A DNA stretch of 64,000 nucleotides from Malacoraja senta (taxonomy: Eukaryota): positions 23,934,001 through 23,998,000 of the forward strand of contig CM075988.1 of the NCBI GenBank assembly GCA_038087875.1, written 5' to 3'. Within the stretch, counting starts at the first letter, position 1. Every line of letters starts with the position of its first letter. The notes under the pieces were generated by a model. It was not told where the DNA came from and did no database searches. It saw nothing but the letters and a program-made list of their open reading frames with translations. A program made the position numbers and the translations under genes. Of this stretch, positions 1-11,834 are shown one piece after another.

Positions 1-376
1 TTCGAAACCGAAACCTTTTTTCTCCAGAGATGCCGCCTTGACCCACTGAGTTACTGCGGTGCTTCGTGCCTATCTCCAGTTAGCTTTAATATGTATTTTA
101 GGAGGTGGTTGTAAAATATCGGTGCGTTTTCTTTCGGGGGGCCTTCAAGGATTTTATTCTCGATCTAGCGCTGAATCCAGAGCTGATGTTCTGGCTGCTG
201 GATGGGACATGGGAATAACGGGCTTTGAGATGCACGGCAAGCGGTTGTGAAGGGGCAAGTCTCGGAGCCCGAAGCCGATATTGCGCCTCGCAAATCATTG
301 ATGATCACATTGATCAGTGTTACTTGAGTTCCAAATCTTTTTGTCTTTCAAATTAACAACCTGGGTCTGGCAAAGG

Positions 377-750
377 AAGTCAAGTCAAGTCAAGTCACTT
401 TTATTTCTATAGCACAGTTAAAAAACAACTCTCGTTGACCAAAGTGCTTCACATTGGTGGAGATACTAATGTTATACAACAGTGGTTCATGGATTAAGTA
501 CATACATGAATACATACATATAGCCCTCCCTCAGAGGACGTCAAGAAAGGCTTGAGAGTAAAGATGAGTTTTTAGTCTCGACTTAGAGTCGATGGAGGGG
601 GAAGTTCTGATGGGAAGAGGGATGCTGTTCCACAGTCTAGGAGCTGCACCGGCAAAGGCGCAGTCGCCCCTGAGCTTATGCCTAGACCGCGGGATGTTCA
701 GTAACCCCAAGTCGGCCGATCTGAGGGACCTGGAGGTGGTGTGGTGGGTG
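377..750 (-). mobile_element. L2-clade LINE 3' fragment with (TTGAC)n tail
   Basis: ORF 531..806 encodes LRSADLGLLNIPRSRHKLRGDCAFAGAAPRLWNSIP...KSRLKTHL, the typical C-terminus of L2 ORF2. An (AAGTC)n repeat at 377-396 is the tail read on the + strand. Confidence 0.75.
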
Positions 751-1012
751 AGCAGGTTCAGGAACAGCTTCTTCCCTGCGGCTGTTAACACTACTGAACT
801 CTGCACCTCGGTGATAGCCAGTCACCCCCCTCCCGGACACTCCTTCCCCCTGAAAAATTGCACTACTGATACTGCTGTACATATATATATTTTACTGCTC
901 ATTATTCCTAAGTTCGCTCTTCTGGGTGAGATGCTAACTACATTTCGTTGTCTCTGTACTGTACACTGCACAATGACAATTCAAGATTGAATTGAATTGA
1001 ATTGAATTGAAT
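751..1012 (+). mobile_element. Rex1/Babar-type LINE 3' end with (ATTGA)n tail
   Basis: Encodes SRFRNSFFPAAV (Rex/Babar ORF end), then a 3' UTR ending tgacaat and gattgaattgaattga repeats. Confidence 0.6.
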
Positions 1013-1369
1013 TTTGACTTTTGAGGAAAATGGGTATACGTTGGTGTCAGGACGGTGAGATGTTGAGGCCACAGATGAATTGCTAACGCCAGGCAGCTAG
1101 CTGGCTCTCTTTAGCTTCACACTCACACACTGGAGTCTCTGGGAGCAGAGAATAGCACTCAAATCAGTCACATCAGGTAACGCAAAATTAATGAGCTGCT
1201 GTTTGCAAAACTCCGGGGCCTTGGTAATAGCTGTTTAGCACCTCCTGCCTGTTATGCCATCGATCGGAATGCCTCTGCTCTCCCTCCAAGCAGATCTTTA
1301 TCTAATTGGGCCCTGGTGTGATTCTGAAGGGGCACACACTCCTACGAAGAAAGGGAGGCTGAGAACAGA

Positions 1370-1849
1370 CCAGGTAGACATTGTTTCGCTGAACACCTTC
1401 ACTCGGTCCCCAGATCTCCCGGTTGCTGGACACTTTAATTCCCCCTGTTTAAGAAGGAACTGCAGATGCTGGAAAATCGAAGGTAGACAAAAGTGCTGGA
1501 GAAACTCAGCGGGTGCAGCAGCATCTATGGAGCGAAGGAAATAGGCAACGTTTCGGCCCGAAACCCTTCCGGGTTTCGTCCCGAAACGTTGCCTATTTCC
1601 TTCAGGGTTTCGTCCCGAAACGTTGCCTATTTCCTTCGCTCCATAGATGCTGCTGCACCCGCTGAGTTTTCTCCAGCATTTTTATCTCAGTTTAATTCCC
1701 CTTCCCATTCCCACACTGACCTATCTGTCCTGGGCCTCCTCCATTGTCAGAATGAGGCCACATGTAAACTGGAGGAACAGCACCTCATATTTCACTTGGG
1801 CAGCTTACAGCCCAGTGGTATGAATATTGATTTTTCCAACTTTAAGTAA
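1370..1849 (+). mobile_element. Penelope-like element GIY-YIG C-terminal fragment, interrupted by a hairpin PLE-derived insertion (1445-1690)
   Basis: PDLPVAGHFNSP...SHSHTDLSVLGLLHCQNEATCKLEEQHLIFHLGSLQPSGMNIDFSNF matches 53870-54115. TTTAATTCCCC is duplicated at 1434-1444 and 1691-1701. Confidence 0.75.
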
Positions 1850-2159
1850 CGCCTGCATTCCCTCCCTCTCCATCCCTCCCTACCCAAGTCGCACCAGCTT
1901 TCATTCCGACCTAGCTACGGCTAACAAACCCCTTTTCCTATATCACCGTTACCTTTTTGCATATCTTTCATTCATTTGTTCTATATCTCTCTCTCTACAT
2001 CACCGTCTATATCTCTCGTTTCACTTTCCCGTGAACTTCTGTGTGAAGAAGGGTCTCGACCCGAAATGTCACCCGTTCCTTCTCTTCAGAGATACGGGCC
2101 TGTCCCGCTGAGTTACTCCAGCATTTTGTGTCTACCTTCCTTCGGCTTAAGCCAGCAAA

Positions 2160-2458
2160 CCAGTTTAAGAATAAGGAGTAAGCCATTTAGAACGGAGACA
2201 AGGAAACACTTTTTCTCACAGAGAGTGGTGAGTCTGTGGAATTCTCTGCCTCAGAGGGCGGTGGAGGCAGGTTCTCTGGATAGGAGAGCTCAAGAGAGCT
2301 AGATAGGGCTCTTTAAAAATAGCGGAGTCAGGGGATATGGGAGAAGGCAGGAACGGGGTACTGATTGGGGATGATCAGCCATGATCACGTTGAATGGGGT
2401 TGCTGGCTCGAAGGGCCGAATGGCCTACTCCTGCACCTATTGTCTATTGTCTATTGTC
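2160..2458 (+). mobile_element. CR1 (HER1-like) LINE 3' fragment
   Basis: LRIRSKPFRTETRKHFFSQRVVSLWNSLP, GGCCGAATGGCC 3' stem-loop and (TATTGTC)n tail. Confidence 0.85.
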
Positions 2459-2534
2459 ATCTGTAGTTCCTTCCTAGACACCTCTGCCAACCTCACTTAT
2501 TCTGCCATGTCTATCGCGCTCAGGTGTAGTGAAG

Positions 2535-2790
2535 GGGGCAGGTTGCAGAGTTGCTGCTGCACAGTGCCAGAGACCAAAGGTTCGATCCTGACTACGGGTG
2601 CTGTCAGTACACAGTTTGCTCGTCCTCCCCATGACCACATGGGTGCTCCGGTTTCCTCCCACACTCCAAAGACGTTTTATTGGCTTCAGCAAAATTGAAA
2701 ATTGTCCCTAGTGTTTAGGATAGTGCTAGTGTACGGCATGGACTCGGTGGGCCGAAGGGCCTGTTTCCGTGCTGTATCTCTCAACCAAAA
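2535..2790 (+). mobile_element. HE1-like tRNA-derived SINE
   Basis: B-box ggttcgatcct, body 'gggtgctccggtttcctcccacactccaaagacg' and LINE-derived tail 'gggccgaagggcctgtttcc'. Confidence 0.8.
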
Positions 2791-2931
2791 GACATCACAG
2801 AGCTCCTTCAGCCAGCGGGGGATTGAGTTGGTGACTAATTACTTTTGGCTTTCCTAATGGAAAACACTGCATTCATTGTTGTTAACAATTCAAAGACGTA
2901 TTTGGAAAGCACTTCCTCAGCTGCAAGAATG

Positions 2932-3140
2932 ATAGACAATAGACAATAGGTGCAGGAGTAGGCCATTCGGCCCTTCGAGCCAGCACCGCCATTCAATGTG
3001 ATCATGGCTGATCATCCCCAATCAGTACCCCCCGTTCCTGCCTTCTCCCCATATCCCCTGACTCCGCTATCTTTAAGAGCCCTATCTAGCTCTCTCTTGA
3101 AAGCATCCAGAGAACCTGCCTCCACCGCCCTCTGAGGCAA
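2932..3140 (-). mobile_element. CR1 LINE 3' fragment
   Basis: (GACAATA)n followed by the reverse complement of the CR1 3' UTR. Confidence 0.85.
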
Positions 3141-3179
3141 TGATCTGAGATTGAAACGGTGCTATGCGAATGCAAAGTT

Positions 3180-3430
3180 TCGTTTAGTGTTTGAGACACA
3201 GCGCAGGAACAGGCCCTTCTTCGGCCCACCGAGTCCACACCGACCAGCGACCCCCCGCACATTAACACCACCCTGCACACACTAGGGACAATTTTACCCC
3301 GAGCCACCTAAACCTACACACCTGTAGATCTTTGGAGCGCGGGAGGAAACTGAAGATCTCGGAGGAAACCTATCGCGGATCACGGGGGAAGCACCGGTAG
3401 CCGGGATCGAACCGGGTCTGTACGGCCACG
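3180..3430 (-). mobile_element. HE1-like SINE
   Basis: Reverse complement of the SINE body and tail seen at 43441-43725. Confidence 0.7.
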
Positions 3431-3921
3431 TGTCTGGTTCTGAGCTGCAGAGTGTGTGTGTGTGTGTGTGTGGGGTAGCTGCAGATGTCCTTCTGCTGCT
3501 GAGTCAGGCGTGTGGGGTGCAGCTCTCCGGCGCGGAACAGTTGGACGGGCAGGAAGTCCAACTTTAGATATTCCTGGGTCGGTAGTGGGCTAATTTAGTC
3601 CATGCTACAGGAGATGATGCTGGCCTGACCGCTGTACCGTACATGTCTCCCAACGGCTTCCTGTGCAGTAAGATAATCTGAGCTTGGACGCGGGGTGGGG
3701 GGGGGGATGGGGGGATGGGGGGAGCAAGTTACAGCCAGCAGTAAACCTTCACTCTGCAGCTGGGCGACCCGGTTCGGTTCATCATTGAATTAGGGCTCGG
3801 ATTCAGTGTTTAAGAAGGAACTGCAGATGCTGGAAAATCGAAGGTAGACAAAAGTGCTGGAGAAACTCAGCGGGTGCAGCAGCATCTATGGAGCGAACGA
3901 AATAGGCAACGCTCATAGATG

Positions 3922-4121
3922 NNNNNNNNNNNNNNNNNNNNNNNNNNNNNNNNNNNNNNNNNNNNNNNNNNNNNNNNNNNNNNNNNNNNNNNNNNNNNNN
4001 NNNNNNNNNNNNNNNNNNNNNNNNNNNNNNNNNNNNNNNNNNNNNNNNNNNNNNNNNNNNNNNNNNNNNNNNNNNNNNNNNNNNNNNNNNNNNNNNNNNN
4101 NNNNNNNNNNNNNNNNNNNNN
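3922..4121. other. Assembly gap (200 N)
   Basis: Run of exactly 200 N. Confidence 1.
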
Positions 4122-4953
4122 CTGAACTAAAAATACTGAGTGTAGGAAGGAACTGCAGATGCTGGTTTAAACCGAGGATAGACACAAAAAGGCTGGAGTA
4201 ACTCAGCGGGTCAGACCGACAAATGTCCCTGGAGAGAAGGAATGGGTGACATTTCTGGAGAAAAGGAATGGGTGACATTTTGGGTCGAGACCCTTCTCCA
4301 GCTAGACCCCAGCTAACAATGGCCGGTTTCCTTTATCATCCTTACTTATTTTGCATATCTTTCATTCATTTGTTCCATATCTCTCTCCATCACCGTCTAT
4401 ATCTCTTGTTTCCCTTTCCCCTGACCCTCAGTCTGAAGAAGGGTCTCGACCTGAAACGCCACCTATTCCCTCCCTCCAGAGATGCTGCCTGACCCGCATT
4501 TTGTGTCTCTTGGAGGAAAGTGGTCAGGAGTCTTATGTGAACGGCTGTCTTTCTGATGTTTACACAAGATGACGTGACCGCAGTTGCCATGGGGAGCAGC
4601 CATGAGGCCGTGGGTGTAAGCTGTCACCACTCTGAGTCGGTGCCTTTGGCCATCACTCAGAGCTCTCGTAGCCTATGGTTGCTGCCGGGCGGCCATCAGT
4701 GAACGACACAGACCGTGGCAGTGTGATTACACACTGATCAAAGCTGACAGGAGACCTCCAAAGGTCTATCATCCAGCCAGCCACTGTACATTCATGTGGG
4801 CAAAGAGTGAGGTCATTCACTTTGCCGCACTCAACAGGAAAGCGGAATTTTTTTCAAATGGTGAAATATTGAGCTGAAGAGTTGCTGCTTCACAACACCA
4901 GAGGTGTGGGTTCAATCCTGACTACGGGGGCTGTCTGTGCGAAGTTTGTATGT

Positions 4954-5380
4954 ATAAGGATTTAGAAGGATGAGAGGGCATCTCATTGAAACGTATAAGA
5001 TTGTTAAGGGCTTGGACACGCTAGAGGCAGGAAACATGTTCCCGATGTTGGGGGGGGGGGGGGGGAGTCCAGAACCAGGGGCCACAGTTTAAGAATAAGG
5101 AGTAAGCCATTTAGAACGGAGACGAGGAAACACTTTTTCTCACAGAGAGTGGTGATTCTGTGGAATTCTCTGCCTCAGAGGGCGGTGGAGGCAGGTTCTC
5201 TGGATGCTTTCAAGAGAGAGCTGGATAGGGCTCTTAAAAATAGCGGAGTCAGGGGATATGGGGAGAAGGCAGGAACGGGGTACTGATTGGGGATGATCAG
5301 CCATGATCACATTGAATGGCGGTGCTGGCTCAAAGGGCCGAATGGCCTACTCCTGCACCTATTGTCTATTGTCTATTGTC
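4954..5380 (+). mobile_element. CR1 LINE 3' fragment
   Basis: ORF2 C-terminus, 3' UTR and (TATTGTC)n tail. Confidence 0.85.
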
Positions 5381-5574
5381 CATAAACCAACATCTGCAGT
5401 TCCTTTTTGTAGCTTTATTTCATTTTTGTTTCTTCCTTTCATGCCTCAGTTATTTTGCTTCCATCCTGTTTCCTCCGTCACTCTCCCAATCCCTAAATCT
5501 CTTTGACTCTGGCATTTGCCAAGGGCCCAGATGCCCCCTTGCATTAGCTCCGCCATTATCACCTCATCTTTAAG

Positions 5575-5840
5575 GTGCCAGAGACCTGGGCTTGACCCTG
5601 ACCTCGGGTGCTGTCTGTACGGAGTTTGCATGCTCTCCCCGTGACCGGGTGGGTTTTCTCCGGGTGCTCCGGTTTCCTCCCACATGACAAAGACGTGCAG
5701 CTTTGTAGGTTGATTGGCTTCTGTCCATTGTCCCCAGTGTGCAGAGTGCAAAGGTGGGATAACATTGAACTAGTATTTGGTGGTCGGCATGGACTAGGTG
5801 GGCTGAAGGGCCTGTTTCCACGCTGTATCTCTAAACATAA
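5575..5840 (+). mobile_element. HE1-like SINE
   Basis: SINE body and tail motifs. Confidence 0.75.
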
Positions 5841-6058
5841 ACAATGTGAGCGTGAGGAAGACTGACTAGAATTGTACAGGGTTCTGGTGAGATGGCACCT
5901 GGTCTATTGTGTACAGGTCTGGCCTCCAGCCCTAAGGCTTCCTAAGATAGACTGCAGCAGAGCCTCACCAGACTGATTCACTGGTGGGTGTGTTTGCCAT
6001 TTGAGGAGACATTCAACCGGGCTGGACTATTCTCCTGAACGTTTAGAAGAATGAGAGG

Positions 6059-6161
6059 GTAGACACAAAATGCTGGAGTAACTCAGCGGGTGAGGCAGCA
6101 TCTCTGGAGAGAAGGAATGGGTGACGTTTCGGGTCGAGACCCTTCTTCAGACTCTGCCATG
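6059..6161 (-). mobile_element. Short Penelope-derived element carrying a hammerhead motif, 14-bp TSD
   Basis: AGAAGAATGAGAGG at 6045-6058 and 6162-6175. Intact motif on the minus strand at 6121-6152. Confidence 0.75.
6121..6152 (-). ncRNA. Putative minimal type I hammerhead ribozyme
   Basis: Minus strand reads GU-CUGAAGA-A-GGGU(CUCG)ACCC-GAAA-CG-UC-AC: CUGANGA and GAAA core boxes, stem II and a palindromic ACGU stem III. Confidence 0.65.
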
Positions 6162-6224
6162 AGAAGAATGAGAGGTTGTTCAACAGGCTGGATATAGGCA
6201 GGATATTGCTCCTGGCCAAAGTGT

Positions 6225-6500
6225 CTGGAGTTGCTGCCATACAGTGCCAGAGAGCCGGGTTCAATCCTGACTACGGGTATTGTCTGTATGGAGTTTATAC
6301 GTTCTCCCTGTGACCACGTGAGTTTTCGGATTCCTCCCACACTCCAAAGACATCCAGGGCTTGCAGGTTAATTGGTTTCGGTAAAATTGTAAATCATCGC
6401 TGGTGTGTAGGATAGTGCTAGTGTGCTGGGTGATCATTGGTCAGTGCGGACTGGGAGGGCCGAAGGGCCCGTTTCCGTGCTGTATCTCTAAAGTCTAATT
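6225..6500 (+). mobile_element. HE1-like SINE
   Basis: B-box gggttcaatcct, SINE body and tail. Confidence 0.75.
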
Positions 6501-6587
6501 GATGAGACGCAACACTGAATGAGATCATGAGACCTTAACTAAAATCCCTGGTACTTTCTAACTCTCTTCCAAACAGCCCTTCCCCTT

Positions 6588-6881
6588 AGACATTAGACAA
6601 TAGACAATAGACAATAGGTGCAGGAGTAGGCCATTCGGCCCTTCGAGCCAGCACCGCCATTTAATGTGATCATGGCTGATCATCCCCAATCAGTACCCCG
6701 TTCCTGCCTTCTCCCCATATCCCCTGACTCCGCTATTTTTAAGAGCCCTATCTAGCTCTCTCTTGAAAGCATCCAGAGAACCTGCCTCCACCGCCCTCTG
6801 AGGCAGAGAATTCCACAGACTCACCACTCTCTGTGAGAAAAAGTGTTTCCTCATCTCCGTTCTAAATGGCTTACTCCTTAT
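6588..6881 (-). mobile_element. CR1 LINE 3' fragment
   Basis: (GACAATA)n tail and ORF 6690..6908 C-terminal CR1 peptide. Confidence 0.85.
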
Positions 6882-7466
6882 TAGAAAGGTCGGTCCTCTC
6901 GATCGCAAGAGGTGGCTCTGTCTCTGTCTCTCTCTCCCTGTTGTTTGTTCGGCAGGCTTCCTGCATGATTTTCCCTAACTTGTTTGTTTTTTCAGTGGAG
7001 CCTGATGCCCAGTTGGGAATTGTTGTTAAGAATTGCCTGGAGCATGACAAGTGTGGAAAGAAATGGAAGCAGTGATCTACCACAGAGTGAACCGATCTGA
7101 GGAATACTTAATGAAGATTAGAATTAGACTCCCACATTAGAATTTCTTAGAACTGCAGACGCACAGAAAGGGAATGCGGATATTCAGCCCGTTTTATCTG
7201 TCGGTTCTTTGAAAGCAGCTATCTTTTCTCTTTGTTCCGCACGACTTTGAGATCGTTATCAATTATTTATACCGTTCTTCTTTCCATATCACTAATTCTG
7301 CCTCCATTGGTCTGCCTGGCAATGTATATTGGATCAGATCAACTTGCTGTGTGATATTGTTCCTTCCACCCCACTATGTCCTTCATTTTCGTACCGTAAA
7401 TAGTTTCTCCGTACATCTTGAAAACCCACAGAATCTCACTTTAATCAATCTCGTCAAAAGAGTATT

Positions 7467-8515
7467 AGACATAGAAACATAGAAAATAGGTGCAGGAGTA
7501 GGTCATTCTGTTCTGCCCTTTGAGCCAGCACTGCCATTCAATGTGATCATGGCTGATCATCCAAAATCAGTACCCCGTTCCTGCTTTCTCCCCATATCCC
7601 TTGATTCCGTTAGCCCTAAGAGCTATATCTAGTTGGGGCAAAGGGGAAGTACAACGGGATCTGGGGGTCCTTGTACATCAGTCTATGAAAGTAAGCATGC
7701 AGGTACAGCAGGCAGTGAAGAAAGCGAATGGCATGTTGGCCTTTATAACAAGAGGAATCGAATATAGTAGCAAAGAGGTCCTTCTGCAGTTGTACAGAGC
7801 CCTAGTGAGACCACACCTGGAGTATTGTGTGCAGTTTTGGTCCCCTAATTTGAGGAAGGACATTCTTGCTATTGAGGAAGTGCAGCGTAGGTTTACAAGG
7901 TTAATTCCCAGGATGGCGGGACTGTCATATGCTGAGAGAATGGAGCAGCTGGGCTTGTACACTCTGGAGTTTAGAAGGATGAGAGGATATCTCATTGAAA
8001 CATATAAGATTGTTAAGGGCTTGGACACGCTAGAGGCAGGAAACATGTTCCCGATGTTGGGGGAGTCCAGAACCAGGGGCCATAGTTTAAGAATAAGGAG
8101 TAAGCCATTTAGAACGGAAACGAGGAAACACTTTTTCTCACAGAGGGTTGTGAGTCTGTGGAATTCTCTGCCTCAGAGGGCAGTGGAGGCAGGTTCTCTG
8201 GATGCTTTCAAGAGAGAGCTAGATGGGGCACTTAAAAATAGCGGAGTCAGGGGATATGGGGAGAAGGCAGGAACGGGGTACTGATTGGGGATGATCAGCC
8301 ATGATCACATTGAATGGAGGTGCTGGCTCGAAGGGCCGAATGGCCTACTCCTGCACCTATTGTCTATTGTCTATTGTCTATTGTCTAACTCTCTCTTGAA
8401 AACAACCAGTGAATTGGCCTCCACTGCCTTCTGTGGCTGCGAATCCCACAAATTCACAACTCTCTGGGTGAAAAAGTTTCTCCTCATCTCAGTCCTAAAT
8501 GGCCTACCCCTTATT
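7467..8515 (-). mobile_element. CR1 3' fragment interrupted by an oppositely oriented CR1 (7631-8385)
   Basis: ...agctatatct | insert | aactctctcttgaa... rejoins into the sequence seen at 48200-48550. Confidence 0.75.
7631..8385 (+). mobile_element. 5'-truncated CR1 LINE (ORF2 C-terminal ~215 aa)
   Basis: ORF 7601..8284 (RDLGVLV...LYRALVRPHLEYCVQFWSP...) and (TATTGTC)n tail. Confidence 0.9.
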
Positions 8516-9282
8516 ATTATTGATGCACAGAGGGATGGTAAGGTGTATGTCCATAGTTCCTTGGGAAGTGGCAACACCTGGATAGGATGGTAAAGAAGGC
8601 GAAAGGTGTAGAAAGGAACTGCAGATGCTGGTTTAAACCGAAGATAGACACAAAAAGCTGGAGTAACTCAGCGGGTCAGACTGCATCTCTGGAGATAAGC
8701 AATGGGTGAATTTTCGGGTCGATACCTGACCTGACCCGCTGAGATACTCCAGCTTTTTGCGTCTATGGTAATTAAAGGCATTTGGCACTTGCCTTCATTG
8801 GGCAGAACATTGAGTGTAATATTGGGAAGTCATGTTGCATCTATACAAAAGCTTGTGTAGACCACAGACAGACACAAAAAGCTGGAGTAACTCAGCGGGA
8901 CAGGCAGCATCTCTGGAGAGAAGGAATGGGTGACGTTTCAGGTGAAGAAAGGTCTCAACCCGTTCCTTCTTTCCAGAGATGCTGCCTGTCCCACTGAGTT
9001 ACCTTTTTGTGTCTGTCTTCGGTTGAAACCAGCATCTGTAGTTCCTTCTAACACACTTGTTCAGACCATGTTCGGATTATTGCGCAGAATTCTGATTGCC
9101 AGAAAATAGGATGGAGAAAGGGGCTCGGGAGAGGATGTGTAGTGACAGTTTTTTAGAACGTCTCAAGGATTTAGTCCCCGATGGTCACTTTAATTGATGA
9201 CCGTGGATCAGAAGGCTACTACAGAATGCATAATGAAGGAATTAATACATTATTGGCACATGTGGTGACACATACCCAAGGT

Positions 9283-10905
9283 ATGGATTAAAGGCCGATA
9301 AATTGAATGGATTAAAGGCCGATAAATCCCCAGGGACAGATAGGCTGCATCCCAGAGTACTTAAGGAAGTAGCCCCAGAAATAGTGGATGCATTAGTGAT
9401 AATTTTTCAAAACTCCTTAGATTCTGGAGTAGTTCCTGAGGATTGGAGGGTAGCTAACGTAACCCCACTTTTTAAAAAGGGAGGGAGAGAGAAAACGGGG
9501 AATTACAGACCAGTTAGTCTAACATCGGTAGTGGGGAAACTGCTAGAGTCAGCTATTAAAGATGGGATAGCAGCACATTTGGAAAGTGGTGAAATCATTG
9601 GACAAAGTCAGCATGGATTTACGAAAGGTAAATCATGTCTGACGAATCTTATAGAATTTTTCGAGGATGTAATTAGTAGAGTGGATAAGGGAGAACCAGT
9701 GGATGTGTTATATCTGGACTTTCAGAAGGCTTTCGACAAGGTCCCACATAAGAGATTAGTATACAAACTTAAAGCACACGGTATTGGGGGTTCAGTATTG
9801 ATGTGGATAGAGAACTGGCTGGCAAACAGGAAGCAAAGAGTAGGAGTAAACGGGTCCTTTTCAGAATGGCAGGCAATGACTAGTGGGGTACCGCAAGGCT
9901 CAGTGCTGGGACCCCAGCTATTTACAATATATATTAATGATTTGGACGAGGGAATTGAATGCAACATCTCCAAGTTTGCGGATGACACGAAGCTGGGGGG
10001 CAGTGTTAGCTGTGAGGAGGATGCTAGGAGGCTGCAAGGTGACTTGGATAGGCTGGGTGAGTGGGCAAATGCATGGCAGATGCAGTATAATGTGGATAAA
10101 TGTGAGGTTATCCACTTTGGTGGCAAAAACAGGAAAGTAGACTATTATCTAAATGGTGGCCGATTAGGAAAAGGGGAGATGCAACGAGACCTGGGTGTCA
10201 TGGTACACCAGTCATTGAAAGTAGGCATGCAGGTGCAGCAGGCAGTGAAGAAAGCGAATGGTATGTTAGCATTCATAGCAAAAGGATTTGAGTATAAGAG
10301 CAGGGAGGTTCTACTGCAGTTGTACAGGGTCTTGGTGAGACCACACCTGGAGTATTGCGTACAGTTTTGGTCTCCAAATCTGAGGAAAGACATTCTTGCC
10401 ATAGAGGGAGTACAGAGAAGGTTCACCAGATTGATTCCTGGGATGTCAGGACTTTCATATGAAGAAAGACTGGATAGACTCGGCTTGTACTCACTAGAAT
10501 TTAGAAGATTGAGGGGGGATCTTATAGAAACTTAAACATTCTTAAGGGGTTGGACAGGCTAGATGCAGGAAGATTGTTCCCAATGTTGGGGAAATCCAGG
10601 ACAAGGGGTCACAGTTTAAGGATTAAGGGGAAATCCTTTAGGACCGAGATGAGAATTTCTTTTTCACACAGAGAGTGGTGAATCTCTGGAACTCTCTGCC
10701 ACAGAAGGTAGTTGAGGCCAGTTCATTGGCTATATTTAAGAGGGAGTTAGATGTGGCCCTTGTGGCTAAAGGGATCAGGGGGTATGGAGAGAAGGCAGGT
10801 ACAGGATACTGAGTTGGATGATCAGCCATGATCATATTGAATGGCAGTGCAGGCTCGAAGGGCCTACTCCTGCACCTATTTTCTATGTTTCTATGTTTCT
10901 ATGTA
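9283..10905 (+). mobile_element. 5'-truncated CR1 LINE, complete RT domain
   Basis: ORF 9303..10535 has NYRPVSL, QHGF, YLDFQKAFDKV, GVPQGSVLGP and FADDTKL. Tail is (TATGTTTC)n. Confidence 0.95.
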
Positions 10906-10993
10906 TGCAAAGAGTGGCCACATAAAGGGCGCCGGCAAGGTTACAACGTATCCCTTACAGGTCCTCCTTTGTTCTTCCTCCCCCCACGGCAGT

Positions 10994-11172
10994 CAATAGA
11001 CAATAGGTGCAGGAGGAGGCCATTTGGCCCTTCGAGCCAGCACCGCCATTCAATGTGATCATGGCTGATCATCCCCAATCAGTACCCCGTTCCTGCCTTC
11101 TCCCCATATCCCCCGACTCCGCTATTTTTAAGAGCCCTATCTAGCTCTCTCTTGAAAGCATCCAGAGAACCG
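10994..11172 (-). mobile_element. CR1 LINE 3' fragment
   Basis: Reverse-complement CR1 3' UTR and tail. Confidence 0.8.
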
Positions 11173-11834
11173 GGCTCTTGAATTCCTCCCTGGAACAAGG
11201 TTGTGACTATCTACCACCTCTATGCCTCTCATCATTTAATATACTTCCATCAGCCTCCGATGCTCCAGGGATATTTGGCTATTAATGGACTTGAAGGATA
11301 TATGGAAATGGGGCTGGGATAGAAGATGGATCTGGTTGGATGGTGGGTTGCAGAGCTTCTTTCTGCTTCCCTATAATTGTGAGCATTATTTCTTGTTTCA
11401 GTAGTAGATTAATGAACTTCTGTGGGCAAACTCTGAGTCAGATATTACCACAACATTTCTTCTTTGCAAACATCGCAGCTCGTGAACGGTGGCTGGAGGA
11501 GTAGTTTGTTTGTTAACCAAATTACTGCCCACTCACTGTTCTTGCCGTGGGTGTTTGTAGGGGTGGTATGGTTACAAAATATTTTCCTGATCATTCAGGT
11601 TGCTGATAATGTCATATTTCTTCAATAAGCAATTAGCATTTACATTAAGGAGTTAGTGTTCAGTGTTTAACTTCTGCATGCAGAACTGAATATGATAATG
11701 TTACACTTGGTGGATCCATTAATTGGTTTAATTAAACAATTGTACGAGGCCAGGACATCAGTGCCCTCTCTGTTCATTGTTTATCCTTCTGCCTGTTGCT
11801 GGAAGATTTTACTTTCGACTCCAGCGATGCAATG

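Noticed and set aside
3854..4278. ORFs spanning the N-run (also 56107-56526)
   Set aside because: Artefacts of translating gap characters.
6866..7075. Coding exon after the acceptor-like site at 6995
   Set aside because: Frames close quickly, with no clear donor and no recognisable protein. Kept only as weak support for the 3448-3673 finding.
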